Shown: piece after piece, positions 63,984 to 64,000 of the stretch | How the letters are laid out: each line of letters opens with the position of its first letter | Numbering within the stretch: position 1 is the stretch's first letter | Assembly: GCA_964187785.1 (NCBI GenBank) | Contig: OZ076409.1 | Coordinates: forward strand, 48,796,001 to 48,860,000 | Reading direction: 5' to 3' | Source: Amphiscolops sp. MND2022 | Taxonomy: Eukaryota | DNA length: 64,000 nucleotides | Program-made: the position numbers and the translations under genes | The notes under the pieces: generated by a model | Databases searched by the model: none | Told to the model about the DNA's origin: nothing | What the model saw: the letters and a program-made list of their open reading frames with translations, nothing else

Positions 63984-64000
63984 CAATGTTATTAAACAAT

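Overview
AT-rich eukaryotic (probably invertebrate) repeat-dominated DNA with no recognisable host gene; almost all tracked ORFs are by-products of repeats. (1) 1-1617 is the 5' end of a minus-strand LTR retrotransposon: a putative TGT..ACA LTR (1617-698), a tRNA-Tyr-like primer-binding site in a tandem array of four TGGT-led units (695-593), a 24-bp minisatellite leader, and a gag-position ORF starting at 319 that runs off the window and is missing from the ORF track. (2) 1618-~14717 is a giant palindrome with arms of at least 5.4-5.7 kb (right arm about 7 kb) around a 31-nt loop. Each arm ends outward in an 84-bp satellite, and the right end stops at a hairpin plus CTAG. The 200-N gap sits at the apex, and both contigs read through the same 116 bp, so the gap is probably an overlap. 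The retrotransposon appears to have inserted into the left arm. (3) ~15940-60198 is a 44-kb satellite of ~185-bp monomers of four types, with variable higher-order repeats and layered sequence domains. (4) 60200-64000 is a mosaic of a tRNA-derived SINE, a (CTA)n-tailed retroposon end, MITE-like elements and short near-perfect palindromes. All alignments were done by eye.
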